Assembly: GCF_964204645.1 (NCBI RefSeq)
Contig: NC_134030.1
Location: 11,739,947-11,803,946 of the forward strand
Direction: 5' to 3'
Source: Tubulanus polymorphus
Taxonomy: Eukaryota; Animalia; Nemertea
DNA: 64,000 nt
In this document: piece after piece, positions 37,001-52,000 of the stretch
Numbering within the stretch: position 1 is the first letter of the stretch
Layout: each line of letters starts with the position of its first letter
Notes under the pieces: generated by a model
What the model was told of the DNA's origin: nothing
The model's database searches: none
Seen by the model: only the letters and a program-made list of their open reading frames with translations
Program-made: the position numbers and the translations under genes

Positions 37001-40000
37001 ACCTGGCTCGTTTTCTGCCGAACCTGGCACGTGACCTTGAGCCCATTCGTGCACTGACCAGAAATGATGCCCCATGGAATTGACGACCACACCTGTATTG
37101 GCGTACTTCGACCCAGCTAAACCGGTTGTACTGTTAAGTGGACAGCAGCAAGGATGGGCTCGGAGCCTTCTTACTACAAGACAAACATCCCGTTGAATAT
37201 ACCTCTCATAGGCTAACCTCTGCTGAACGTAATTGGGAGAAGTAGATGCTGTCGTTCGTATTTGTGTTGGAACGATTCGACCAATATACATATGGCCGTA
37301 GCATCACAGTCGAGAATGACCACAAGCCGTTAGCGTTGATCTTGAAGAAACCATTAAATCTTGCACCGAATTGTCTTCAGGCATTGAGAAATTAAAGAAG
37401 CATTTTGCCAGATTCGGCATTCCGCAATTTATTGCGTCGGAATTTGCGAAAATTGCGCGGCAGTGGGGAATCATTCACGTTATGTCCTCACCTTGTCATC
37501 ACTCAAACCAACGGAAAAGCCGAGGCTGCTGTGAAAGTGATGAAACAAATGATGCTGAAAGCGCTCAGAGATGGTACTGACCAATCTCTTGCTCTCTTGG
37601 AGCAGCATAACACTCCAATGCAGGACACCGATCTTAGTCCTGCGCAGATGTTATTCGGTGGTGGTACTCATTCGTTGCTTCCATCTTTGTGGCGAAACGC
37701 CCATGGAACCTTGGATTCGCGCGCAGCGGAGAAGCGAGTTAAGCATACAGCAACCGTAAAACATCACCATGACAAAAGTCCTTTCAATCTCTGCCCTCTC
37801 CGAGTTGGTCAAATAGTGTCTTTTGGTGCATAAGGAGGGAAAAAGATGGGTTTTAGGTGAAATCACTGATGTGCGTGTTACAAATGGTGGCGTGTATCCC
37901 AGAAACAGTGTGCATATCCGCCCAACCTGTGTCAAACCGTGTCCGGTGATCCTAGCGAAACTGTATCATTCGAACGTTCGATAGTTCCGAAGCACGCGGA
38001 ATTGAAAGCAGGTGACACTAGCCGTGGTGCTCACTCCTCCATATCTGAGTCTGAAATTCAGAATCGCGAAACGACTGTATCACCCGCTGATCGCGAAAAT
38101 GACAACCCTGTGGCTGGCGAGATTCCTGATGATACTCTGGAAACCGTATCTGCCCGGTCGCAGCGTATCCGCAGACAACCCCAGTACTTGAAGGACTATT
38201 ATTTTAATCCGTATGCATCAAGTCGATATGTAATAAGCCCTACAGTTGCTGTTAGCAATCACCTATGCATGCTTAATTTAGTTATATTAGTATTTTGATT
38301 TAGATATTGTGTTATGATAAGAAGACAATCATAAATTTGATTAATTTGCATTTAGAATTTAGAGATTTGTATCTTGATAGTTTGCATGGGTCATAATATC
38401 TTAGGAAAGGGGGATGTTGATGAAGTTAGTTCATATTCGTATTGCTAGTTTGACGTAACCTTATCCATATATTACTGAAAACCGGATTCTGTATACGTGT
38501 ACTGTATGCTACATTGTAGTGATAGTCAAGCAGAAATAAACATCATATGTTCTTTTAAATATATTGTGTTTTGTCCGGTTTACTGGACCTCAGAAAGTCA
38601 ACAACAAGAACATGAAATCAATTGTTCATGCAATGCTTAAACGCCCAATTTAGCTCTCAGCATGAGGTCAATGGAAATATACTGGGGGTAGGTGACGATG
38701 GTCAATGAGTGAACAATAATTAAGGGAATGTGCAAATTGATACAAAAATTACTATGTAGAGATAATTCCAGAAGGTAAACAATGAATAATTGCTTAGATT
38801 GCATTTAAAAAGGAGTTAACAACCACAATACACAGGTAAGACAATACATATTTATCTTAACACACAAGTAGTACTATATAGTTAACTATTTGACTTGAGG
38901 CACGAGCTTTCGCTACTTATGTATAGTAGCTTCATCAGGTGAATGAGTATAGTAAATGGAGAAACAACAGTATTTCTAGGCAAACTGACAATAATTAGAG
39001 AGAACTGAGTGAGCAAGGTAATTACAAATTGTCAGTCATTAGGTCGGTGTTGTCATATCGCCGAATCACAGAATAGCGGAATTTTCCAAAAACACAAAAT
39101 TTCGTTATTTTCACTAAAGATAGTTACCGTGTTTTTCCACGGGATACCCTTTGTTGGACAAGGCACCGGTGGGGATGCATGTTTTCATTACCGGTACCTG
39201 GTAGGCCTATGTGATAATCTTTTACTATCGTCACTAAACAAATTAACGATACTTCCAAACGGGAAAATGAAGAATCTACGTAGGCAACCAATCTATCAAC
39301 ATTGACTGCTGACCCCATCACTGCAACTTATCACCGTAACTTATGCATCGGGCCTGTACCCAAGGCAGTGCTTCGGGTGAAACCGCATCTACGAGCTCTG
39401 TGTATGTTACCATTAATAAACCTTTAACTAATTCAATAAATACGGCATTGTAAAATGGATATAAAAACAATGGTTTATTTAGACTGTTTCACTAGTCGTA
39501 TTGAGACCAAAACTGAGGTATGTTTTTATATAGTCAAGAGAAAATCCCAAAATGAACGATGTTAGACGAAAACAGATAGACATTATGCATATCTCGCAGG
39601 AAAACCCGGTTACTATTATAGTGAAAGTGAAGAAATTCTGTGCTTTTAAAAAATTCCACGATTCCGTCATTCCGCGATATGACAACACCGTCATTAGGCA
39701 AGTAAGTAGATATATGATTAATTACAGAACAACAAAATTAAACAAAATAAAAGAAAAATAAACCAATGAAAAAAATATCAAAGTAAAATAAATTATGAGA
39801 GATGAACGTTCCTAAGAGCAACAAATAACAATAACGATAAGTCCGAAGGAATAAGTCTAGATATAATAAATAGAATTATGTTCTGTAGAGAGACATGAAT
39901 CCAAGATCTCGATCAAGCCCAAGAGTGACAGTATCGCCGTGTTGAATTAGGTTTTGTTCCATGATTTTGGATGTTTATTATTAGAAGTGTTCATTTTATG

Positions 40001-43000
40001 TTATGCAGTTACTTATAGGTTACTGATATTGGGTTTGGAACATTGAAATGTTTGACAATATGTTATCCATTTTCTTATCTGATATCATTATTTACTAGCT
40101 TATCAGTACAGTTTTCATACATTGATTCATTTGGGAGAAAATTTGATTCAGATTAAAATTTAAATGTAGAAGAAATCAAACGCAGACGAGCACCTATCTA
40201 CTAGCCAACCTGGCTGTTCCTCGCCTGCCATACGTGGAATCTTCTGTTGTCACAGTAGCACTGTGGGTACCCCATTGTATGCAGGAAATATCCTTTTTCT
40301 ATCAATACGAAGAATCGGGAATGGGTTAAAATTGAAAATCTGAGTTCTTGACCATTAAATCTTTCAGTCCCATAACTGAGTATACTCAGTAGCAGCTCAG
40401 AAATGTCTGCTGACCTCAATGTTGTTCTGTACATGTTGCAGCAGTTGTAAAAAATATAATTACAGAGTCCACAACCTTGATATACCATTATCTCAGCTTG
40501 AATTTCAAGAATTTTGTAGAGAATTAGTGTACATGGAGAATGGAAATACCAAGTTAAGAAGTCAGTTTTTGTTTTGAATATCATCCTGTTGCTGAAATAT
40601 TTCCATCACTTTAGAGCACAGGACTGAAAGAGTTAACAATTATCCATAATGACTAACTCATTTATTCATTCATAAGCAAGACTTACCATTATTTGCGCAA
40701 GGCCAAGAACAATGATATTTGAAGATTTATAGCTTGCTAACGCATAGAAAAACTAAAAAAGTAATTAAATGAGAAAATTATGAAGAGTAACCAGTGTGGT
40801 TTATGGCTAACTTTGAATTTAGTACATATCTAGACAAGATTTAAAGGGACAGTGAAGCTGAATACATGAAATTGTGGAATTACGTCAAAAATTCTGACTG
40901 AAAAATGTTTCCAACAATGTATCTTGAAAAACACACAGGTTACAATGATGCAAATGCAATTGAGGTACATGTATACTTTTTTGCCCTTCAATAATCATGA
41001 TTTCATATGTTCATATATATCCATTAAATTCAAATCTTTAACTGACTTATATTTATGTGATTTGGCTGAACACTAATTGTATGATTACAAACCTTAGTCA
41101 ATGTCAACAGAAGCCCACGTATAGAAGTTACTACTATGATCCCGACCAATATAAATGATATATGCTGAGACCAAAAACGAACCTGTAAAATATATGTAAA
41201 GCTTATAGATTTGCAGATTCATGTAATTACAGTATTCCAGAAAATTTGTAAAATTATTTCCAACTAGGGGTCCAGGGACACCATGCCCACTTGGGAAGTG
41301 GTTCCAAATGCTCAACAATCTAACAATTTCAATATTCAACGCCCTCTGGTGACCATATACAAAAACTAATGAACTTGAAACTCACCACAATCATAGAACA
41401 TGTCAGCAGCTACGATTTTGTAATTGATTGTGATAACAAAATATACCTCGTTACCACTTTAATATGGAAATACTAAGTTATTCTACTATTCAACGCCCCC
41501 TGGTGACCATATTCAAAACCCAATGACCTTGAAACTTACCACAATCATAGAACATGTCATGAACTACAACTTTGCAATTGATCATAGTAACAAAATATGC
41601 CTAGGTACCAATATAATAAGGAAATATTAAGTTACTCTACTATTCAACGTCCCCTGGTGACCATATAGAATAACTAATGTCCTTAAAACTCCCAACAATC
41701 ATAGATGATGTCATGAGCTACAACTTTCCAATTGATTGTGGTTACAAAATATGCATAGGTACGAATATAATATAGAAATGCTAAGATATTGCATTATTCA
41801 ACGCCCCCTGGTGGGCATATAAAAAATCAAAGGACCTTGAAACTCACCACAATCATAGAACAAGTTATGAGCTACAACTTTCTAACTGATTGTGGTAACA
41901 AAATACGCTTAGGTATCAATATAATGTGGAAAAACTTTTTCCCAATTACGAATGAGTACTGGTGACACCAAGATGGCCGCCAATTGCGTCATAATTGGCT
42001 GATGAAAAATACCTGTCTCAGGTATAAAACATCCCTTTCCAAAGAATACCCATCACAAGTTGCAATGAGAAATGGTAAACCAGTAGGAAGCTACAGGACT
42101 CAGAATTCGCGCCAAAATTAACATTTTTGGGCACTAAAAAGGTCATAGGACGGCCATCTTGAGTCCGATCGACCCAATTTTTGTTATGCTGATGGGCCCT
42201 ATCTGCTATATCCGAAAGATCAAGGTAATTGATCAAAGCGTCTTCAAAATTTCCCTCAAAAAGTTCAAAAATATGTAAAAAGTGCTGATTTTGGCGAACA
42301 ACAATGGCTGCCAGTCAGCCATCTTGAATCTGACAGGGCCAGTTTTTGGGCTGAAGATGTGTCTAGGGTAGATACATGTGTAACCCAAATATCAAGACAT
42401 TACCTTGAAGCGTCTTCAAAGCTTCCCAAAATAACTGGATTCCGTCTACGGATGGACGACGGACGAAAAGTGAACGCAATAGCCCGCTGGGACTAAAGTC
42501 CCAAGTGGGCTAAAAATGATGGTCAAAAGTGTTGAGTAAGAGGGACCGGTGAAAAAAAACAATACTCAAACCAATGATTACAGGTTTTCCGTATTGATGA
42601 TTTGGTTACTTACAAACAATAAATTCTGATTTAAATAATTTGTCTAAATTGTACTTCATAGGCCTGTCCAATTGATTACAGAATTCTACAGAGATGAGAA
42701 CGCCGACCTGTTAAATCCGCGGGTTATTTTTCTTGAGTGACATACGCGAACCAGCTGACGGCGTAGCCGTCACCACTAGCGAGCGCCGAAGGCGCGAAGC
42801 TATTTCGGGGGGGTTTGGGGGTCCTCCCCCAAGAAAATTTTAGAAATTAAATACGTTTTCCGAGCACTTAGAGCGATCTCGAACCCATGAACGACTATTA
42901 TATTTTGGAAGGTAATGGCTAGTTCCAATGTGGTATATCCTCATTTGATGACATTCAGCATCTCATGCATTACGGGTCGAGCCCTGAATTATTGCAGTAA

Positions 43001-46000
43001 AAATGCGCCGATGAATGCTCACTAAAAATCATCACCAAGTAGTGTATAATATCCGAAAGCGTTCGCCACACACACGCAGCAACAGTAAGTAGACCTATAT
43101 ACGTTACTACTGTTGCTGTGCGTGCGTGTCTGCAGCCGATCGATAAAATACATACAAACTCATCGTAGTACAAATGTACATACAAAATCACTGTGTTGCA
43201 ATGAATATGCATTGAAATGCGATACTTTTACGTGACGATAAGTAAAACAGGCACTGAACGCTTTTACGGTTCACCTGATTACCGATCGCGCCGGACCAAT
43301 TGAGTGAGATCATCACCCCCCCCCCATTACTTTTACATCATTTTTGGACTATTTGGAAAATTGATATTTTTCAATACTGAAATCCGCGGGAAACCGCGGA
43401 TCCGCGGGGAATTCTCATCTCTGATTCTATCCGTGCTACCACCATTCGCAACAATTTGTCAAAATTGTAGTGTGAAGCCTGATCTATAATGTTTACTGAT
43501 TTAAATGCCACAATTATTACAATGGCAACAATTTGTCCAAATTGTAGTGTGAAGCCTGATCTATAATCTTTACCGATTAAAATGCCACAATTATTACAAT
43601 GGCAACAATTTGTCCAAATTGTAGTGTGAAGCCTGATCTATAATCTTTACCGATTTAAATGCCACAATTATTACAAATTAACGATATATTAAGATTAAGT
43701 ATATGGTAACAGTAGCAAAAGATAGGCACCTTTTGCAAGCTTTGTCATTGTGCACAAAAAATTGATGAATATTTTATATACTCTCTGTGCAGCCTGTCTG
43801 TGGCCCTTTAAAACAAATAAATAAACAATGGCAAATGGCTGTTACCCAATTTAGCAGATAATTGGACATCAATAACTTGACCGTATATCTTTATTGCAGA
43901 TGCCGAGACTGGCAGTTTATCGAAGGTTGGATAATTGAGTGCAATGTACCGAGTTGGTTAAACAATTCTTAAGTGAGAAGTTAAATGCTATACTTACATC
44001 AAATTGTATGCCCAAATAATTCACAGCAATTTCAATACCTCTGGTGACCGGATCAGTTTTACCAACTCTGTCAAATATGATATTGATTGTCGCCTAAAAA
44101 TATTGAAAAATATGTTACCTTTCAAATATAGGGGCATACATTGGAGAATTTTCAATATCGATGATACACAATGGTTCTGAAAAAAACATGAGTTTTTATT
44201 TCTTTAATACTTAAAAGATAATCAACAATGAAATATGGTATTTAATGGTGACAGCAACTGAGAGCTTTTAAATGTATAGCAGGGTCCAGTGGGTTTCCTG
44301 ATTGACTAGAAGTTTGAATACAGATTAAGATACTGATACACTTGAGTAAAAAACATACACCGACAATGAATGGCAGTGCTTACCATGAATATCTTCCAAA
44401 CACAGTAGATGGAAAAGAAATAACCAAGAAAATTGAAATATCGCCCCTTGAATGTCTTTGAGTATTCCATTCTTTCCTAAAAATAAAAATAAATATAAAA
44501 GTATCAACATATCACTGGATTGGAGGGGTCTAGAGACACAATGCCCACATAAAGACAATCCGCTGATAAAGATGAAATGATGGTGCACTGTATAGTAAGC
44601 ATGTTCAACAAACGATCTACATGGTAACAGGTTTTCCCTATGACTCACTAGCACATGTTAGAACCAAAGGGCCTTCTAAAGGGCTTTCAAAGTGATGCCT
44701 TTCTGACAGGCTTTCCTCATGATGTCATCATCGAGAAACAAGGTCAAGCATCGATTGGTAAAATGGGGAAAAATTCATCTTGAACATTTTCTCCCAGTAC
44801 TTCCAATCGCTTAGAGCTGATGGATGAAACTTACCATTATCATTTCCAACAGCTATTTCCCTCTTATCACAAAATATCAGCTGTGTACATCCAGTGGTTA
44901 CAATTTGTGCCACAGAAAGGTACTCTCAGGACCATTCTATATGGATATAGTTGATTCTAAAGATGACAAATCATTAGAAGGCTGGCTACAGGTCTCAGAA
45001 TACATGCCAAAAATTACATTTTTGCGCAGAAAAAGCTCACAGGATGGCCATCTTGTCTCCAATCTTCCCAAAGCTTCATATATGTATTGATTTGAAAACA
45101 TATATGGAATATATATGAAAAATTATGATAATTGATTAAAGCGTCTTCAAATTTCCCTTGACAATGCCTCTGAGTGGCGATTTTCGGCAAACAACAATGG
45201 CCCCCAGTCGGCCATCTTGTTTCTGACAACAGAAATTTTTGGCTGCTGATGTATCCAAGGTAGATACTAGTATAAACTAAATATCACAACAAAACACAAG
45301 CATCTTCAAAACAAACTGAAGTCCCAAGTGGGCAAGAGGTGGAACATTATCTATGCTTCTGCAACAAAATGACTGACAATAAATTGCCACTGTACCATGC
45401 AATTTTCTCAAGCAATGTTGTGAAAAAGTTTTCTTGGCAAAAAATGCAACAAATAGGGAGGGGCAGCACTTTGGCCCGTCTTCGATTATTCCATGTACAC
45501 AGGAATGAATATCTCCCTTAAACTGATCATGAGTATTGATTATGCCACGAACAACAACTTAGCAATTGATTGTGGTTATATGTATAGGGACTTATATAAA
45601 TAGGAAAAATTGATTAGCCTATAATTCAATATTCACCTCCCCTAGAGGAGAGGACAAAAAACTGGGTTACCACAATTCCATGTGAGGAGTAATGTTCTAT
45701 GACCGCTCTGATGGTTATAATTATTGAATATCAATAAATGTGACAAATGCTATTGTAACTGTCAATCTGGTCTTTACCCACCGCCTCAGACGAACGACGT
45801 CACCCTTGTCGATGCCTCGACAATCGGTTTTTGTGAGGAAAGCGAAGGTGTGTGTGGGTGTGAGTGTTTTCTGGCGAAGTCTTGACGATCAGTATTCATA
45901 AGGATAGCGATAGTCTGCCAATTGTTTGAAGGGGTGGATACAGACAGTAGATTGGCAGCTGCATAAGACACTCCATCAAAGCTGCCTGAAAACTTAAAAA

Positions 46001-49000
46001 AGGACGACAAAACGGAAGCCTCAACAAAAGATGAAAGAGTATGCAATAGCCCTCTGGTGCTACGAACTATGGCAAACTAGCTGATCAATCAAGAAAAATG
46101 AATTCATCTGATTCGTAAAGATTTTCTTTGAAATTTCTTTATTTTTAGGGGGACACTGAATCAATCAAAAGCTATGTTGTGTATAATACATACATACCTG
46201 TGTATTATGCAAGTCTGCAATCTCTAAAAATAACTGTCGGCTCAATTCCTCTAAAGCATTTACTTCTTGTTTCAATAGATTTACATCTAGGTAATATTTC
46301 GTAAAAAGAAATAACAACTGGAAAGACATGATATCTTGAGTTTATTCCATTACTATTCCTCAGAAGTGGGATATAGGTGAATCTCAAAAGTCAAAAATCT
46401 TTTTTTCGTCATCTTCTACACATATAATACATCAGGTAATCAGTCACTGAAATAACATTTTGTTCTCAAGCACAACTAGTTAAAAATAAAGGATACTTTC
46501 AGAAGAACTTGAATATGTCACAGTGTTCTTGATACGACCCCATATGCCACCACTAGAACTCGCATAATTGGTACTCTGGTTTTCTCTCACAGCAATTGCT
46601 ATTCTAGATATTCAATGAAACATAAATAATTCCTTTAGAAGTAAATTCTAAGAAAAAGCTGCATTTCGAGGCAAAGCATCAGGAATTACTCTCTTCAAGA
46701 AAAACTCCATGTTAAAAAGAAAGTATCTACACCGATCCAAGCAGCCTCTGGGCAAGGAAATTTGTCTGTATAAATTAAGTGATTCAAATCTGAATCAGTC
46801 AAACAAAATGAATTTTTGGAGTAATTAAAGATACTACTTGAATGTACCAGGATGTAGGTATGCACATTTCAATAGCTAGTGACCTGCCTTTTGCAATATA
46901 ATTCTTATTGAATCAAACACTAGTCCATTGAACAGCCTTTCACAGAAAATTTGACTTCTTCGGGGACAGAATGGTGATACCCACGATATCTAATGAGTTC
47001 TTCAGAAACAAATCTCCAATACAAATTCATGTTCAAAGCTTCATAAGCAAGCAACACAGAGAAAAGTCAAAATCAAATTACCTTTTCTTCTTAATGAGGA
47101 TCATGTCCATAGTCTGCATGAGTCTTTTTTCAAGCACTTGCACGTCAGAATCTGTAACTTCCCTGAAAATCATATCAAATACAAGAATCTTGGGAATAGA
47201 CATTCCATCAGTGCGTGTTTGTCTAATGTACTCTTTATAGAAATATTTACCGCACAAAATATGACATGTATGTATAAGGACAATTGACAGCACCAAACCC
47301 AGAGAGAAAAGCCATTAGTGTGACACCAATGACACCTACTCTACCAATGCATTGTTCAATTGATAATATACCTGAAAATAAGAGTTATGAAACAAATTAT
47401 TCACTGCAGTCACTGAACGCTTAAAACAATACTGATAAATAAATAAAAAAATCTAGACAGGCCTGGGTCATCAGGGTCTTATCATCTTGGCAGCAATATC
47501 CTTGATGGCTGCATAGCATACAAGAATTGCAAATACATGTACACATTTTTGTAATCATAAAATTTCTTATTTTGGATACCAAGCACATGGAAAACTGGGT
47601 GCGAGACAATTTTGCCTATGTGAAAAAAGCTGTCATGCAGGAATGTGTTCCATACCATCCTGGGCCAATAGCTCAAAACTTGACCAGTTGATGATATCAT
47701 TGTGACAATTTAGCGTCATCTACACTCGGGAACTAAACCTGCTTATTGCATGGCTACGTTCAAAATGTGGGTAAAAAAGATGAGTTAGGGAAGGAAAATC
47801 ACCAAATCTAACTTTTTCTGACTGATATTCAAACTAACCCAAAAGTAAAGATTTTTCGTTTCCCAGATGTGTGGGGCACCATGTACTGAGGAAGGTTAAC
47901 AATTAACAAGCAATGAACTGAATTGAAATAATGATGACTTACCATGTTTAGGACTCAAAATTGGAAATGGATCTCCAATTTTCCAAAAGAAATACAGGAA
48001 CGACAACCAGGTTAAACAGGTCATAAACACACGGATGTGACGCTCCCGAGGAACTGTAAAATGAATCATGTAAACTCCTGACCAAAGCATAGAGTGGGCC
48101 TAATAAATTAGATCAGCAAAGGACAGAGATATCATGAAATAATGAATAATTCTGTTCATTATTATTCTTCACGTTTTATCATCGGTTGATGACTATGACC
48201 AATGCTAATAACATGGAAAAAAGGTGTAGTAAAAGAGTAGCTCAGACGCTTCTTGTTTAAATACAAAATTCAAATTGAAATACAGTTCACGTACAAATGT
48301 GAGGGAAATGATTTATCAGACATACCATAACGAATGTTGCTCACGGTGAAGAAAGCTATGTAAAATGGAAGAACAACTATCAGGTCAAGCAACATAGCAT
48401 ATAGTCCGAGTTTCCAATGGAAAAAGCGAGACCTGAAAAGGAAAATGTGTGCATTATCATATCTATCTATAACAAAAGGAACCATTCATTAAGTACATAC
48501 GCAAAAATTTAGAGCAATTTATCGAGGTCCTATATTCTTTTCGCACATCATACTATATTGCCCATGACCTCCTTATTACGTACAGTAGTTGAGCACTACA
48601 CCAATGCTAATCAGGGACAGATTTAAGGGGAACAAAGCAGTCCAGCAAACTTAATTCTTTTGCCAAGATAACTTTTTCATAATTTTTCACAACTTGCCAT
48701 AGAGGCAAACTTTTGCCAGTCATTGTTTTCCTGAACAACTCTAGATGCTAAGAAAATAATGCATTTTTCAGAAATATGCTAAGAGGGAGCAATCTAAAAC
48801 CTTTTGTGCTCACAGTCATGTACTAAGTGCCTGTGTATTACTAGGCCTCGGATGTTTTAGGCCCCCTATTCAAAATCCCTCGATCCGCCCCTGCCTATTT
48901 TAAACATAAAGCCTAGTGTGAAATAAGCACAATTTTGAATTGAACCTGGTCATATAAATAAGGCCATATACTTATTACAACTAGGTACATTTTTATACAT

Positions 49001-52000
49001 TAAGTATGTATGTTTTGTTCAAATGGATAGCTAAGTATGCAGATCATACGTTTCTGACGTATGGCTTGGGTATGTACTTCATGAACAGATCCTAGGTAGT
49101 ATTAGGACTGTATCGTATATCATCATACCAAGATTCGTAATGTGTATGAAAATTGTTGTAATACTTACGATGTACTTAATACCCCGAGGATTTCAAAGAT
49201 TATTAACTCAAACATTGTACATGATAATGAAAAGGTGATGCTAAATACCAAAACCACAATAGACTGGTGAACCTGAAAATTGAAATTAATAATCCATTAA
49301 TCTTTAGCCTCCTGTCTGCTTAAATTTCTACTGCAGAAGGAAACTAGGGATCTAGGAAATCCATGATTTTTGGTGAAATGGTTGACAATCTGTCAATTCT
49401 AAATTGGCTAAAAATGTCTTCCTTACTACAAACATGTTTTTGAGAAATATCATGAGTACATCACACTATAGTTAAAGATTCTGAATAGAATAATTTACCA
49501 TACATAGACTATAAAAGGGATTTTTTATTAGGCCTATCATGAAATGCTTTCATCTATTACATCAACTCTTACTATGTTTTAGGATTCTTTGACCAAATTT
49601 TTGACAAACAGCACAGTCATTCGAATATCTGGTTCAAGGGAGCTAGTTTCATTTTCTAAATAGACCTAACTTACATCCTTTGTTATACAACAAACCCCAG
49701 ACTGCACATTAAGATGATACAACATATCCAGTGATGGACAGTTGACCAGTCTTGCCTAAAAAGATATCTAGTTTCTAAGACTTGAGAAATCACCCAGACT
49801 TTTGATTACCATCTACTTTAAACAAAACAAGAGAACTGAAGGACTTAGAGGTTGAAGAAGTGATTCCTGAGGAATTTTAGTATCAATGGTATCTAAGTAA
49901 TAGACTACAATACATTAGTCTGAATACCAGTCGTTGTTACGGTTCCGTACAACGTCTGACGCTAAAGTATCATATAGAGGTTAACTCCTGTTAATTCAAT
50001 GCAACAACTGATTTTAGTGTCAAATCAAACCTTTGTACTCAAATAAATAAGTTAGTTACCTTGTTGACTTTGAAAACGTGTTATATAATAAAATTTCTGA
50101 TGATTTAAATCGCGAACCGGGGATTTATTGATTTGATTTGAATTGAATTGATTGCCACTATCGGGATTTCCAATACGGTCGAAATTAATAAAATGTGAAA
50201 ATTCAATATGTCTCTCTAAAATTACTCTAAATGTTATTTTTTGTTGATAAAACGCATAAATTTTGGTCAATTTTAACCTTAATAATTTGAAACAAGAATA
50301 ATATCTGCATTGGCACCAAGTCTAAGTTTGAATCCGTAATTTGCACTCCCATCATGCACCACGAAAAGCCGCCATATTTGTTATGTTGCTTCACTTCAAC
50401 TGTTTTTTGAGGCGACTAGTCAAAAGTTTTGAGCTACTACGATCGTCAAAAGCTACTTAGGATTACAAATTTATGCACAAACAATAGTTAACTTCCATCT
50501 GATTACAGAACAGTCAGTTTGAGGTAAGTTGATGGTGTTTTAAGGGGTGAAATAGACGCTCAAAGCCTCGTCCCTCAAAATGAGGGACGAAAATTAACCT
50601 TATATGAGCACTTTCGCCCTAGACGTTGTTTCAGGAACAACGGCTAGGTACTAGACTAACAATACATGTATCATCACTTTTTTCATACACCATATGCATT
50701 TTTTTGAAACTAATATGACGCTAGAAAGTTAGTTAGCATAAGAATTAGTAATCTCCAGTTCATACTTGGTTCTTTTAAGATTATCCATTCATTAGTTTTG
50801 GTCACGTAATCTTTGGTGGTGGGGGGCATACTGCTTGTGTTTCTTGACAGGGGGAGGGAGGAGCAAAAATGAAAATAGGTTGTACCATATGAAAAACCTC
50901 TTAATGGCCTACAAGCTGGAATACTGTTGGACACACAGTGAGTCTATCTAAATCTTAGATTTCACGAGTTGTTTTAGCGCTTTATCTGAATCTATTGTGA
51001 CAATTCTTAAGTCATAATGAGAACAACTTGTAAGTCATTTTTCAATCTAAAAATTCATTTTGTTTCCTACCTCATAGTCCCTAAACAATTGCTTCAGAAA
51101 GAAAACCCATCCTCCTCCAAAGAAGAGAATCTGAAATGGAACAAATAAATATACAGTGGATCTTCATAATAACAAATATTATGGTAACAGATTCTTTGTT
51201 TACGCATGAACTTGATATAAAGTGATGATCGTAATATTGCAGATGACATAACAAATGATGACATTGAAAACAATAAGTAATACCAAACTAGAGTCAAAAT
51301 AGAGATGATTTAAATAATGAGACAATTCCTCCAATGACTACAGGTGAATAATCAATGACCTTGAAACTCAACATAATCACAGCATATGGCATTGGCAATA
51401 ATTGCCGGTTAAAACTGATTCGGGTAAATGGACTTTTCCACAGACCAAGCTAATGGGAATCCAGGAAGAAAGCCACTTAATAATTGGATGGATATATGAA
51501 AGCTGTGGGTACTGGAGTGTGTAATGGGTAGTGTAGTGTGATCTGTGTGCATTTGTGGCCAGCACACAGATCACATTGTTCATTGGGGTTTAGTCCAGGA
51601 CTCGCAAGATTTTCAACAACACGGAAGTAACGTGTAATAAATGATGACTTGAATTGCATGACTACCTACCACCCCTCATTATTGTTGGAAAACTAAACGT
51701 TCCGCACTGACTAAAAATTAGTAATAATAATTAATAACATTTTAGAAATGGCCAGAATTTAAACTTAGGTTCTATCTCATTTTTATTTTACAATTGCGAT
51801 TGGTATAATTGTTTTTTAAACGGCCGTTAAGGCTTCATGTTTCGTCTGCAATTCACTGCAAATAGTTACGCAACTACGCACATTTCAGTGTTTTTGGCAG
51901 CTGTACACTCAATCGGCACCGTTCGTGACTAGCTTCACTGCGGAATTATCATTAATTAACATCGCCATATCACATCATCAACTTATATTGTGCCTTAAAA

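Noticed and set aside
40201-40584. 127-aa ORF / alternative terminal exon in GPR89 intron 13
   Set aside because: No recognisable domain, and the conserved C-terminal exons are present downstream.
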